Assembly: GCA_965198225.1 (NCBI GenBank)
Contig: CBDAOY010000004.1
Location: forward strand, 64,001-128,000
Direction of reading: 5' to 3'
Origin: Terriglobia bacterium
GTDB taxonomy: Bacteria; Acidobacteriota; Terriglobia; 20CM-2-55-15
Length of the DNA: 64,000 nucleotides
Part shown: piece after piece, positions 41,245 through 51,288 of the stretch
How the letters are laid out: the number at the start of each line of letters is the position of its first letter
How positions within the stretch are numbered: position 1 is the stretch's first letter
The notes under the pieces: generated by a model
Seen by the model: the letters and a program-made list of their open reading frames with translations, nothing else
What the model was told of the DNA's origin: nothing
The model's database searches: none
Made by a program: the position numbers and the translations under genes

Positions 41245-43452
41245 GTGCGCCATGAAGGCGCGGTTGGAGGAATCCAGCCAAGCTGGCTGGTTTCTGACCG
41301 GCAGTTGAGATACTGCCCCACTCGGTCAGGGAGCCGAGTGGAAGGGGGTTGCAAAGCTTCGCCATATGCCGATGGCGGGGTGTCATGAGCAGCGCAGCCT
41401 GAACTGTACCAGACGCGATCCATTCATCGTGGGCTGGGCTACCGCAGGACCTATGGCGAGACAACGAAGCATGCGGGGGAAGCCCCTGTATTTAGCCGGA
41501 CAACCCTCGTAACGGAATGGATTGGGGGGATGTGGTGCGAACTGGCCGGACTTTATGTTTCCGGCTGGTGGCTGCGTCGGACGCTGCCGATGATGGGAGT
41601 TCCCCATTGCCATCATCCAGAGCCACCAGGGGTAGAGCATGCCACCTACAGGGTCCACAGGTTGGGAACCGGAACATGGGAACCCGCCATCTTCCGCCCG
41701 TAAACGGATACGGGCTAACCGCGGCGGTCGGCGAAGGAAGGCGGTGGGGGCGGAGTCTCCGTAGTAGTCCGAGACCGGGAAAGCCGGTTACATGGCGAAG
41801 GGAGACAGGGAGTCGATAAGCTTTCGAAGCCGGAGGAGCGATCTGTGGACACAGATCAACGGGCGGACCGAGCCTGGTTACTCGGCGTGCAGCGGAAGTT
41901 GTATCAATGGAGTCGGGAACACCCCGGCGAAACGTATCGTGAACTGTGGAATTGGGTGACCGATATCCGCAACTTGCGGTGCGCCTGGAATCGTGTGTCC
42001 CAGAATCGGGGCCACCGCACACCAGGTATCGACGGGCAGACGGTAGGAAAGATTCGCCGCAGGTTGGGCGAGGAAGCCTTCCTGGAGGGGCTACGCTGCG
42101 AACTGCGGGCGGGGGCATTCACACCCAGTCCGTGTCGCCGAAAGCTCATTCCCAAGGTAGGCAAACCGGGGCAGTTCCGACCTCTGGGGATTCCTACGGT
42201 CACCGACCGCGTGGTGCAATGCGCGGTCAAACAGCTTCTGGAGCCGATAGTCGAAGCGCGGTTCTGGCACGTCTCGTACGGTTTTCGACCGGGTCGAGGA
42301 TGTCACGGCGCTTTGGAGCATATTCGGATGGCAATGCGACCGCGACGACGGAACGACGCGGACGGCAAACGTCACGATCCCCCTTACCAATGGGTGATCG
42401 AAGGCGACATCAAGGGTTGCTTCGATCATATCGATCACCATCTGTTGATGAACCGGGTGCGTCGGCACTGCGGGGATCGCAAGGTGAATCGATTGCTCGT
42501 GCAGTTCCTGAAAGCCGGCGTTCTGGCGGAGGATCAGTTCCTCAGAACTGATGCCGGGACGCCGCAGGGAGGAATCATCTCGCCGCTGCTTGCGAACATC
42601 GCGCTCAGTATCATCGAGGAGCGGTACGAGCGGTGGGTGAACCACCAGACCAAGCGTCAGGCACGACGGACATCGAGCGGGATCAAGGCGGCGCTGGAGG
42701 CTCGGAGCACGGATCGCCGGTCAGGCCGGAACGTGTTCTTCCCGATCCGGTACGCTGATGATTTCGTCGTACTCGTCTGTGGGACTGAAGCTCAGGCTCA
42801 GGCTGAACGGACAGCATTGGAAGCAGTGCTGATGGACAGCATGGGATTGACTCTGTCACCTGAGAAGACTCGAATCACTGCCTTAACGCGAGGATTCGAG
42901 TTTCTCGGACACCGCGTGCGACTGCGTTGGGATCCTCGATACGGCTGGACGCCGCGCGTCGAGATTCCGAAACACAAAGTCGCCGATTTGCGCTATCGGG
43001 TCAAACAGTGGACCGGTCGCGCAACGACGCCTTGGCCTTTGCCGAAGTTATTTCGGAAGCTGAATCCCATCCTCCGTGGTTGGGCGCACTTCTATCGTTA
43101 CTGTACCGGGGCCAAGAAGATTCTCTTCAGTCTCGACTGGTATGTTCGAGATCGGCTCTGGCGTTGGCTACGGAAGAAGATGCCGAAGGCGCAAGTCTCA
43201 TCGTTGTTGCGGTTTCGGAAGCCGAGTTCGATCCGTCCTGCGTGGCGGGTCTGGCGAGACGGCCGATCCGAACAGTTTCAGATGGGATGGCTGACGGTTC
43301 AGCGCTACCGTCGCGGCTGGATGCGAGCCCCCGACTTTACATGGACTTCTGGAGAGCCGGATGCATAACGAAAGGTGCACGTCCGGTTCGGCGAGAGGGC
43401 ATGCGAAACCTCCGCTGGTTAACAGCGGCTCGGCGCGCATGCCCTACTCAAC
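41245..43452 (+). mobile_element. Complete group II intron
   Basis: GTGCG start; DV GAGCCGGATGCATAACGAAAGGTGCACGTCCGGTTC; ends CTACTCAAC. Removal restores GAC ATC A|CC TAC (D-I-T-Y). Confidence 0.93.
41845..43368 (+). CDS. ltrA: Group II intron reverse transcriptase/maturase, no HNH domain
   Basis: TPGIDG, RPLGIP, SYGFRPGR, EGDIKGCFD, GTPQGG, YADD and LNPILRGWAHFY. Confidence 0.95.
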   Translation: MDTDQRADRAWLLGVQRKLYQWSREHPGETYRELWNWVTDIRNLRCAWNRVSQNRGHRTPGIDGQTVGKIRRRLGEEAFLEGLRCELRAGAFTPSPCRRKLIPKVGKPGQFRPLGIPTVTDRVVQCAVKQLLEPIVEARFWHVSYGFRPGRGCHGALEHIRMAMRPRRRNDADGKRHDPPYQWVIEGDIKGCFDHIDHHLLMNRVRRHCGDRKVNRLLVQFLKAGVLAEDQFLRTDAGTPQGGIISPLLANIALSIIEERYERWVNHQTKRQARRTSSGIKAALEARSTDRRSGRNVFFPIRYADDFVVLVCGTEAQAQAERTALEAVLMDSMGLTLSPEKTRITALTRGFEFLGHRVRLRWDPRYGWTPRVEIPKHKVADLRYRVKQWTGRATTPWPLPKLFRKLNPILRGWAHFYRYCTGAKKILFSLDWYVRDRLWRWLRKKMPKAQVSSLLRFRKPSSIRPAWRVWRDGRSEQFQMGWLTVQRYRRGWMRAPDFTWTSGEPDA

Positions 43453-44063
43453 CCTACGTGCCCACATGGGCGGGTTTCCTGTATCTGGCCGTCGTTGTCG
43501 ACGTTTTCAGTCGCCGTGTGGTTGGCTGGTCGATGGCGAATCATCTGCGCACCGCACTCGTCTTGCAAGCGATGAACATGGCGATCTGGCAACGCCGCCC
43601 CGAGGAAGTCATTCATCACTCCGACCAAGGCACGCAATACACGTCGATCGCATTCGGACATCGCTGTAAGGAACTCGGCGTGCGACCATCGATGGGATCT
43701 GTCGGGGACTGCTATGACAACGCCCTATGTGAGAGTTTCTTCGCCACCCTGGAATGCGAGCTTCTCGACCGGAATAGTTTCCGCTCTCATGCCGACGCGC
43801 GGATGGCGATCTTTGACTTCATCGAGGGCTGGTACAGCAGTTTCAAACCTTGGCTTGAAACCCAACTATGAAACTGTCCACGAAAGCGGGGTAACTCCAG
43901 ATCACTTACCTTTTTTGTTTTGGGGTGATTCACTTTTTTTGATGATTCTTGCTTCGGCATTCGTCGCTGGACTATCTGTCACCGGCCTGCTACGAGCAGC
44001 GGTTTCAAACCTTGGCTTGAAACCCAACTATGAAACTGTCCACGAAAGCGGGGTAACTCCAGA

Positions 44064-44449
44064 TCACAGATTCCACGATCCGCACTTACCTTTTTTGTTT
44101 TGGGGTGATTCACTTTTTTTGATGATTCTTGCTTCGGCTTTTTGGGCCTCCGCTATGCTCGATTTTTGTTGAATTCGGACTCTACGCCTTTCGACTCGGG
44201 AGACGATTTTTGTTGAATTCGGACTGGAGGACCACCCCGCACGGGATCAATTCCATCGGGCAGATGCTCCTTTAGGCGCGCGGTAACTCGACCTCTCTTT
44301 GCGACACCGACATAGAGAAGGTTCCTCTTGTCGTCCTCGATCGACCGTCTTGTCCTTTGCGAGGCCTTCAACCCGTAGACGACCGTCTTGTCCTTTGCGA
44401 GGCCTTCAATTCCTTCGTTGTCAAATTTACCGCTCTTCTTGCTAGGCAT
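44064..44449 (-). pseudogene. Small GIY-YIG-like protein disrupted by two short duplications
   Basis: Reconstructed VVYGIEDDKRNLLYVGVAKRGRVTARLKEH...IQQKSSIAEAQKAEARII. Confidence 0.6.
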
Positions 44450-44832
44450 ACCTATCTCCTTTGTGACTTATGACGTAAAGACCTTGTTCTGAAGCCACCC
44501 CCGTAGTCCTCTCTAGGGCGACCAAACGATTCCGGTCTGCGACTCCCGGGTTTATACACGCACCTTTCGACTTCTAAGATTATGGGGCCGGACCATCGAG
44601 TCTACCGTAGTGCTTGACTTCTTCGATGCTAAGAGTGGCGAGTTGCTGGCCTAGCAAGGGTACAACCCAGATTCGTGTAGAGTCGACGACTGGCGCGGTA
44701 GCGTCTCATCGCCGCCGCTACGACCACCAACCGTCGACCCTTTCCGGGCACATGCCCCACGCGCGAGTCCACCGGCGACTGGGCCGGGGTCGCCGCCCGC
44801 TGTGGAGATCGTTGAGTGAACCACGGATCCCG

Positions 44833-45624
44833 TTAGAACGCGTACCGCAAGGACATGCTGACGCTATGGAGGGATAGGTCCGCTGTCGTTGCGCCAAGAT
44901 CCAATGCAAGAGGTCCACGGCTCCGGTCCTGCCAGACGACGTGGCCGACGGCTTGCCCAGTTTCGACCGCCCCCATATCCGAATAAGACCAAGCGAAATC
45001 GATCCGCCAGTTTTCCGTCAGCGATGTCGCCAGTCCCGCCGTCAGCATCCACGCGGCATTGACCCGTTGGCCGTTCGGAACGATCGTCGTTGTGCGGGGA
45101 AAAATCATACGCATTTCGGCGATCGTGACTCGGGAGACGCCGGCGCCGATGCCGGCGAAAGGCATGAATCGATGGTAACTGATTTCAGGAAAGTCACGAT
45201 GAATCGCAAGCATCCCCGAGAGTGAGGACAAATCGGCTGTGACACTCTGTTCGGTTGCGGTTTGGACGAAATTAGCCCGGCCTTGGAAGGCGAAGTTCGG
45301 GCGATAACGAAGAATGGCTTCCAACCGTACAGCTGACTCGAGGGCATAGCCCACCCCGAGTTCGACACCGCCTGTCCTTGCAAAATTCCCAACGGAACCG
45401 ATCGGAGTGCCATCCACTCCGGTTCCGCACCCATACAGGGCGGCCGGGGAGATGCTGGAACAGTCGGTGTCCCGAAATCGCGTCGTACCAAGCCAGTCCA
45501 GGACCAGCCCCGTCCGGACATACATGCCGTCCGAAGGCTCCTGCGCGACGGCGATGTTCGGGACACCGACTGCGATCAGTGTCAGGGCCATAGCCACCCG
45601 GCAACCTGATGACAACAACTTCAC
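44833..45624 (-). CDS. Outer-membrane beta-barrel protein (opacity/OmpA-like)
   Basis: Signal peptide, alternating beta-strands, PFAGIGAG and terminal LRYAF. Confidence 0.82.
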   Translation of the reverse strand: MKLLSSGCRVAMALTLIAVGVPNIAVAQEPSDGMYVRTGLVLDWLGTTRFRDTDCSSISPAALYGCGTGVDGTPIGSVGNFARTGGVELGVGYALESAVRLEAILRYRPNFAFQGRANFVQTATEQSVTADLSSLSGMLAIHRDFPEISYHRFMPFAGIGAGVSRVTIAEMRMIFPRTTTIVPNGQRVNAAWMLTAGLATSLTENWRIDFAWSYSDMGAVETGQAVGHVVWQDRSRGPLALDLGATTADLSLHSVSMSLRYAF

Positions 45625-45940
45625 CGTAAGTCCTTTCCTACCGTCGGGTCGGGAGGGTTGGGGTGCATCCAGTCCTCACGGGTGCACTAAAGGTATAGAG
45701 TTGCTCCCTAACGGGCTTCACGGCCCACCCTCCGTTGCTTGGCTACTGGTGCTTGGATCAGTTCGATCGACAGGATCTGTCGCACGAGTTCGAGGATTTC
45801 TCCGAACGACATGCCTCGACCCCGGGCGGCGGCGTGTTCGCGCAACAGTTTCGCCGCGGTAGCACCAGCCTTGCGCCAGCGTAATCTGGGAAGGTCGCAG
45901 CAGACGTCGTCGAACGTCTCGTAGTCCAGACAAATGGGGA

Positions 45941-46214
45941 TTACGAAGTGTCTTCTACCTTGTTCCTGGTCCGACGTACGGGCGGCTTCTTGCCAGGGTT
46001 TCCGCTCTTTTCCATGTATTTCTGTCCGAGCTTCATCCCGAATGCTCCCGCCAACAGGTACGTGATGTGGACCCCATCCACCGCCGCTGGACCCATGGCG
46101 GCTCTCACCGCCATCATCCCGATCGCCCGCCAGCAAAGCGATGAGCGACATGAGTCTGGCTGTGGAGGCTTGCCCGGCATCATCTGACAAAATCTGTTTG
46201 AGGAATTCCAACAC
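45941..46214 (-). pseudogene. Small 2-TM holin-like protein, frameshifted
   Basis: ILSDDAGQASTARLMSL joined to AIGMMA...AGAFGMKLGQKYME in another frame. Confidence 0.35.
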
Positions 46215-46339
46215 TTTGGAGTCACCGCTATGCTCGATTCTTGTTTAATTCCAACTTTCGCTCCATCACGGGTTGTTTGCGGGATGGGGCGAAATCCTAC
46301 GGTAAACGGGTGCTCGGTCAACAGTGGGGTCTTCCGGCT

Positions 46340-46432
46340 CAGGAGGCGAGGGCTTTCTGTCTCGACTTCGAAAGCGCGGTCTGCGGGGTGTGGAGTTCGT
46401 GATGACCGAAGACCATGCCGGGTTGGAGCTCG
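46340..46432 (+). mobile_element. IS256 internal remnant
   Basis: FLSRLRKRGLRGVEFVMTEDHAGL. Confidence 0.6.
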
Positions 46433-46599
46433 GCGGCGAGCTCGACGTTCAGATCAGACCGGGAAATCTATTGTCTTTTCAGGACGAATATCGATTGATC
46501 GTTGGACAGTGCACCGGGAAACAAGGCGGGGGCAGATTGAAACGATGTCTGTGAATCGCACATCTTCACTTTTCAGTGATCGTTTACACTGCTGACTGG

Positions 46600-46750
46600 C
46601 CGAGCGGCGACCGGCATGACACGGCGTGAAACCGGCGGGAGGCTCTCGGGCGGAACGTGGGAACCTGGCGCTCCGATGCCAAGGGAGACCTCCAGACGGC
46701 ACCCACGAGAAGCCGAGTACCAATGTGGAGCGCAGGGACGGCCGGGTCTG
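46600..46750 (+). mobile_element. Group II intron RNA fragment (end of DI and DII region)
   Basis: GGAACGTGGGAACCTGGCGCTCCGATGCCAAGGGAGA...GAGTACCAATGTGGAGCGCAGGG resembles IIB intron DII. Confidence 0.5.
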
Positions 46751-46785
46751 CCCGATTAATTCATTCAGTGCGAGGATTCGTGAGT

Positions 46786-47275
46786 ATGCTGAAGACAAAG
46801 ACAAAATGGTTGGGCTCGCCATGGGTTCTGGCCGGTGTTCTTGCGGTTACGGTTGGCGCCTCAACTGACGCGGCAGCGCAAGCGGTCAAGAAGTCCTCCT
46901 CGGGCATTTGTCATTGTCCAGGCGGGCAGTTCTATGATCGGACGACGAACTTCACGGAATACGAAACCCTAGAGGCCTGTCTGGACAGCGGCGGCCGAGA
47001 GCCACGGCGCGGTCAAGTGGATTGCCGAATGGAGTCTTCTTCCGACGCTACCGCATTAATGCGGCCACCGGACCGTTATGAGCGGAGCGCGTTCGGGGGG
47101 TGGAGCGACGAGGATGGCGACCGCCAGAACACGCGGCACGAGCGCCTCATTGCACGATCCACGGCACCGGTAGAGCTTTCCGAAGACGGCTGCCAGATTC
47201 TCCGTGGCCGCTGGATGGACCCCTACACTGGAAACGTCCATGTTGCGGCTCAGGAGATCGAGATCGACCACCTAG
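46786..47275 (+). pseudogene. Secreted HNH/DUF1524-like nuclease, truncated at the IDH motif
   Basis: Signal peptide, VKKSSSGICH domain, YERSAFGGWSDEDGD, GRWMDPYTG and EIDHL. Confidence 0.7.
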
Positions 47276-47397
47276 GAGCCTGTCGGACTAGGGATAGCCG
47301 ATTCACCCATCTCATTGATATTATTGCGTTTAAAATTTTGTTCTGGAAAGACCCCGTGTTGAAAAGAAAGGCCTTACGCCGAAAGTCCGACAGACTG
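47276..47397. mobile_element. 122-bp MITE with CTAG target duplication
   Basis: CTAG-GAGCCTGTCGGACT...AGTCCGACAGACTG-CTAG. Confidence 0.82.
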
Positions 47398-47848
47398 CTA
47401 GTGGTAGCCTAAACTCTGTAACGTTAACAGGGACTCCCGATTCGTCGGCCCCCCTGCTCAATATAACAGCCATAACTCAAGGTGCAGGGTAGCTCCCGGC
47501 GCCTGTGGCGAATATGCAGGACTCTGGGACGTTGCAAGGCCCGGCACCCCTTTGCTGCGGCCCTCAATCAGAAATGGAGGCAAACATGCCCAAGATGAAA
47601 CTGATCGCGCTTGCGCTCCTAGTGGCGGCCAGCCTGTTGGTTGTGGCGGTTCAAGCTCAGACGACAACGACGACAGAAGAAGCGGCTACGACAGACGCCA
47701 GCATAGAGTGGAAAATGTTCTCCGGAAATATCGCCGGGTACGGTGGTGCTGTAGAAACGCGCTGGAAACCTCTCCCGAAGATTGTGGAACAGCCCGTCAT
47801 ATGGGGGTGTCTAAGCGAGCAGAATTATTGCCCAGGGAGAACGGCCAT

Positions 47849-48655
47849 ATGAAAGCACTCCTGCGTGCGCTGATCATCTCGCTTCTGACTGCCACCAACT
47901 CTGCCGCACAAGTTGAAGTCGAGCCATCGGTAGCCGAGGTGCGAGCTGCATTTCTGGATTACGTTGACGCCGAGAACGAGGCCGACGTCGATCGCATCGC
48001 GGAGCACTACTTTCCAGGGACATTCAGCAGTTTTGGCCCGCGCGGCGGACACTTGAACTTGAGCGACCTGGATGGGTCGGCAGAAACATTGAAGAACTCT
48101 GTTGCGGCCGAAATAGCCGCCGGTCGAGAAATCAGTATCTTCACCAGGGATCTGAAAGTTCATGTCTATGGAAGAAGCGCCGTCGTTACCGGTTATTGGG
48201 GTGGCAGCATCAAGTCGGCAGCGGAACGACTACCGGATTTTGGCCCCTGGCGGTTCTCTTCCATTTGGGTGAAGGACGGAGGCGACTGGAAGGAAGCTCA
48301 TCGGCATACTTCGTTGCTGGAAGCTCAATTGCCAGGCGCCGTGCCACCCCCTCCTCCGCCACCGCCATCGCGCATGCGAGTCAGACCGCAGGTCATGGAA
48401 CGCAACCTGACCCAGTATGTTCGTCCGGAGTATCCAATGGCGGCCCAGGAGGCCCGAATAGAAGGTTCGGTGATGCTGGAGGTCGTCGTGGACGTTCTCG
48501 GTGCAGTCGCGAGTATCCGAGTGATCAGCGGGCATCCGCTATTGCGGTCCTCTGCCACCGATGCCGTAGGGCAGTGGCGCTATAGACCGATACAGCTCAA
48601 CGGCCAACCCGTAGAGGCTGTAACCACTGTTACGATCGTGTTCCCACCGGAATGA
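47849..48655 (+). CDS. Secreted SnoaL/DUF4440-like domain fused to a TonB C-terminal domain
   Basis: Signal peptide, RFSSIWVKDGGDWK..H.H.S, poly-Pro linker and PEYP.AA..ARIEG.V...WRYRP..LNGQPV. Confidence 0.82.
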   Translation: MKALLRALIISLLTATNSAAQVEVEPSVAEVRAAFLDYVDAENEADVDRIAEHYFPGTFSSFGPRGGHLNLSDLDGSAETLKNSVAAEIAAGREISIFTRDLKVHVYGRSAVVTGYWGGSIKSAAERLPDFGPWRFSSIWVKDGGDWKEAHRHTSLLEAQLPGAVPPPPPPPPSRMRVRPQVMERNLTQYVRPEYPMAAQEARIEGSVMLEVVVDVLGAVASIRVISGHPLLRSSATDAVGQWRYRPIQLNGQPVEAVTTVTIVFPPE

Positions 48656-48715
48656 ACCCCTGGAAGAGGATCGACGATACCGACTGTCTTCGGTGGAGAA
48701 TTCAGCCCTGCGAAC

Positions 48716-49721
48716 TGTAGATATGTAGGAGGCTATCGGACAGTCTTATTCTGATTTGTCCCCCAGAAGGAGGCTGTATCGATGAACCAAGATCAACGGG
48801 AGATTCGAAGGAAGCGTCGGATACTGGAACACGCTCAAAGAACCGGAAACATCAGCAAGACGTGTCGATATTTCGGCGTCTCTCGGTCGACATTCTATTT
48901 GTGGGAGCAAGCGTATCAGGCCGGTGGAGAGCAGAGTCTCGTTCGGAAGAAGCCAATTCCGCATCAGATGCCGAACCAGACAACCGCCGAAGTGGTGGAA
49001 AAGGTTCTGCATCTGCGCCGAACTTATCACCTGGACCCGATTCGGATCGTCTGGTACCTGGAACGCTACCATGCCATCCGGATCTCCGACGCCGGCGTGT
49101 ATCGGATTCTAAGGCGCCATGGATTGAACAGGTTGCCGCGTCGGGTGGGTCGCCGGGCTGTCCATACCCAACGCTATAACAAGCAGGTTCCAGGGCACCA
49201 CGTCCAGGTCGACGTCAAGTTCTTGACCCTATGCAAGAGCGACGACCCACCCGTCAAACGGTATCCATACACCGCCATTGACGACGCAACCCGAATCCGG
49301 GCCCTGAAGATCTATCCGCGCCACACGCAAAAGAACGCGATCGCATTCGTCGATCATGTACTGGAAACGTTCCCGTTTCGTGTGCAGAGTATCCGAACTG
49401 ACCGGGGGCACGAGTTCTAGGCCAAGTTTCACTGGCACGTCGAAGACAAAGGCATTCGGCACGTCTATATCAAACCGCGTTCTCCGCAGCTGAACGGTAA
49501 AGTCGAACGCTCTCACCGCACTGATCAGGAAGAGTTCTACCAGCTTCTCGACTACGTCAACGATGTGGATTTGACCAAGAAACTCGCCGAGTGGGAACGC
49601 TTCTACAACCTCACTCGACCCCATTGGGTATTCCGCTTTCGGCGGCCAAACCCCCTATGAGGCACTCCGAGAACGATTACAATAGACCCTCTTACTGTCC
49701 GACCAGCTCGTGCATATCACA
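48716..49721 (+). mobile_element. IS481-family element; transposase has an internal stop at 49418-49420
   Basis: TGT...ACA ends with imperfect IR; HTH, QVDVKF, TAIDDATR and IRTDRGHEF*AKFHWH...NGKVERSH. Confidence 0.88.
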
Positions 49722-49921
49722 AGTGGCACCGGCTTCCCCATCGGCTCGACCTCCTTCCCGACAGGTGCGGCCCACACGCGGCGGGGCCGCGTGTGGAAAC
49801 CATGCCCCGATTTCCTGGACAGCGCGACTCTGGCCGGATTCCGGCGCATGCTCCACTCGCCATGAGATCGCCGGACGCCGGCTGCGGCCGATCCTCATTC
49901 GGAATAATGAATTCTTTACCC

Positions 49922-49972
49922 TCGGCGGTCACCCAAAACCGGCCAATGGTGGTCACCTGAAAACCGGCCAAC
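49922..49972 (+). mobile_element. IS21-type terminal tandem repeat (orphan end)
   Basis: GGTCACC..AAAACCGGCCA present twice. Confidence 0.55.
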
Positions 49973-50473
49973 GAAGTGACCACCGACCCGGAGGCCGAGA
50001 ATCCGGTTTCGGCAGAGTCGTCGGCTCCCCCTCCAAGCCCACCGTCGGGCAGTTCCTGCGACGTTCTCCCGCCCGTAGGGCGCCAGCGCGAATTGAATCC
50101 CTTCAATAGTGCCCTCCCGGTGCCGGCGCTGCCGAACCAGGCGGGCCGGTTCGCCAACGCGCAGCTCGGAGGCCTCCACGCCGGGAGGAATCGATTCGTA
50201 TTCAATCGTCATTCTTTGAGTGGGCCGCCGAGCGCTGGAATGGCGGCCCTGGAGTGCCGGCGCCGCCGCCGACCATCGGGCCGAGCGGATATTGCGGGGC
50301 TGGACCGCAGACTTCAAAGACGGGCCCGAGGCCAGGGGAACGCCGGTCCGGATCGACACGTTCGAGGTCTGGCGGTCCGCGCGGATTTTCGGCGGGGAGG
50401 CCTGAGTCCCGGGAGCGACAGACATGGCGGTTTCGCGTCCTGAAATAAGGTTCTCTTTCCCGGAGGGTTCTTC

Positions 50474-50866
50474 CCTCCTCCGTGCCGCACCAGCGGGGGT
50501 AGCTTTTCACACCCTCCGTGCCGCACCGCGGTGTGAAAAATACAGGTGGGGGGTATTCACACCCTCCGTGCCGCACCAGCAGGAGGGGCTTTTCACACGG
50601 CCGTGCCGCATCAGCGGGGGTTTTTCTCGGCTGAGAATTGCAGTATGTCATTCACGATGAAAGAGTTAAGCGCTATACCGGCGGGGGAAGCCCCTCACAC
50701 GCCCGTGCCGCACCAGCGGGGGGTGGCTCTCACGGCACGAATGCCGGGAGCGACCCCCCTTTTTACCCCTCTAGTGCGGCACGGCACCCCGGGTTTTTTC
50801 ACACCCTCCGTGCCGCACCAGCAGGGGGGGCTTTTCACACGGCCGGCCTGGCCGGCCGTGTGAAAA
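50474..50866. repeat. Array of ~32-nt degenerate repeats with core CGTGCCGCAC
   Basis: Cores at 50481, 50517, 50567, 50602, 50704 and 50809, an inverted copy at 50774, and a terminal palindrome at 50832-50866. Confidence 0.85.
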
Positions 50867-50942
50867 AAAGGGAGGTCGCTCCCGTCTCATTTATCCCTGC
50901 GGGAAGGCTCGGAACCGACCCGGTCCGGAGGACCCTTCTGAT

Positions 50943-51240
50943 ATGCAATGGCGGCATGTGGTCCTGATCCTTCTCGGGCTCGCGGTGGCGGTTGGGCGGT
51001 CCATCGTCTGGCCGTTTCCCGACCCCTCCACCGTCCCGGTCCTGGTCCTGATCGGAGTGGCTTCGCCCCGCCTCCTTGCGGCCATCCACGCATGGTATGT
51101 CGCCGCGCCCGGGCTGGTCCTGGAAGTCAAGGGCGACTTCTGCCATGACATCCGGCGCATTCTCTCCGAGACGGGCCGGGGGATCGGATTACGTCGAATT
51201 GAGCATGAATGGCCGCTGGTACTGGAACCCCCTCTCATCC
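50943..51240 (+). pseudogene. Remnant of a type IV coupling protein (TraD/VirD4-like)
   Basis: N-terminal TM joined to GLVLEVKGDFC..IRRIL...DYVELS...WNPL. Confidence 0.55.
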
Positions 51241-51288
51241 GGGCGAGTCCCCCAACCTGTCCCGACCCAACCCGAAGATGAATTCTTA

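Larger units (their letters stand above)
41063..44061 (+). mobile_element. IS3-family element (orfB part and right end) interrupted by a group II intron
   Basis: GRKRVARLM...LWVADI|TYVPTWAGFLYLA...HHSDQG...DNALCESFF; right IR ...ACTGTCCACGAAAGCGGGGTAACTCCA present twice. Confidence 0.88.

Noticed and set aside
41245-43368. Retron or Abi-type RT
   Set aside because: Canonical group II intron ends and maturase domain; clean exon rejoining.
46220-46285. Second GIY-YIG-like gene (KVGIKQESSIA resembles VRIQQKSSIA)
   Set aside because: Too short and degenerate to call.
49418-49420. Programmed stop readthrough in IS481
   Set aside because: More simply a CAG-to-TAG nonsense change; the 3' end is also frameshifted.
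50474-50866. Possible CRISPR array
   Set aside because: Repeats are degenerate, nearly abutting or irregularly spaced, one is inverted, there are no unique spacers, and no cas genes are present.
51076-51288. N-terminal extension of RepA
   Set aside because: It derives from the upstream coupling-protein remnant that happens to be in frame; the ATG at 51289 is more plausible.
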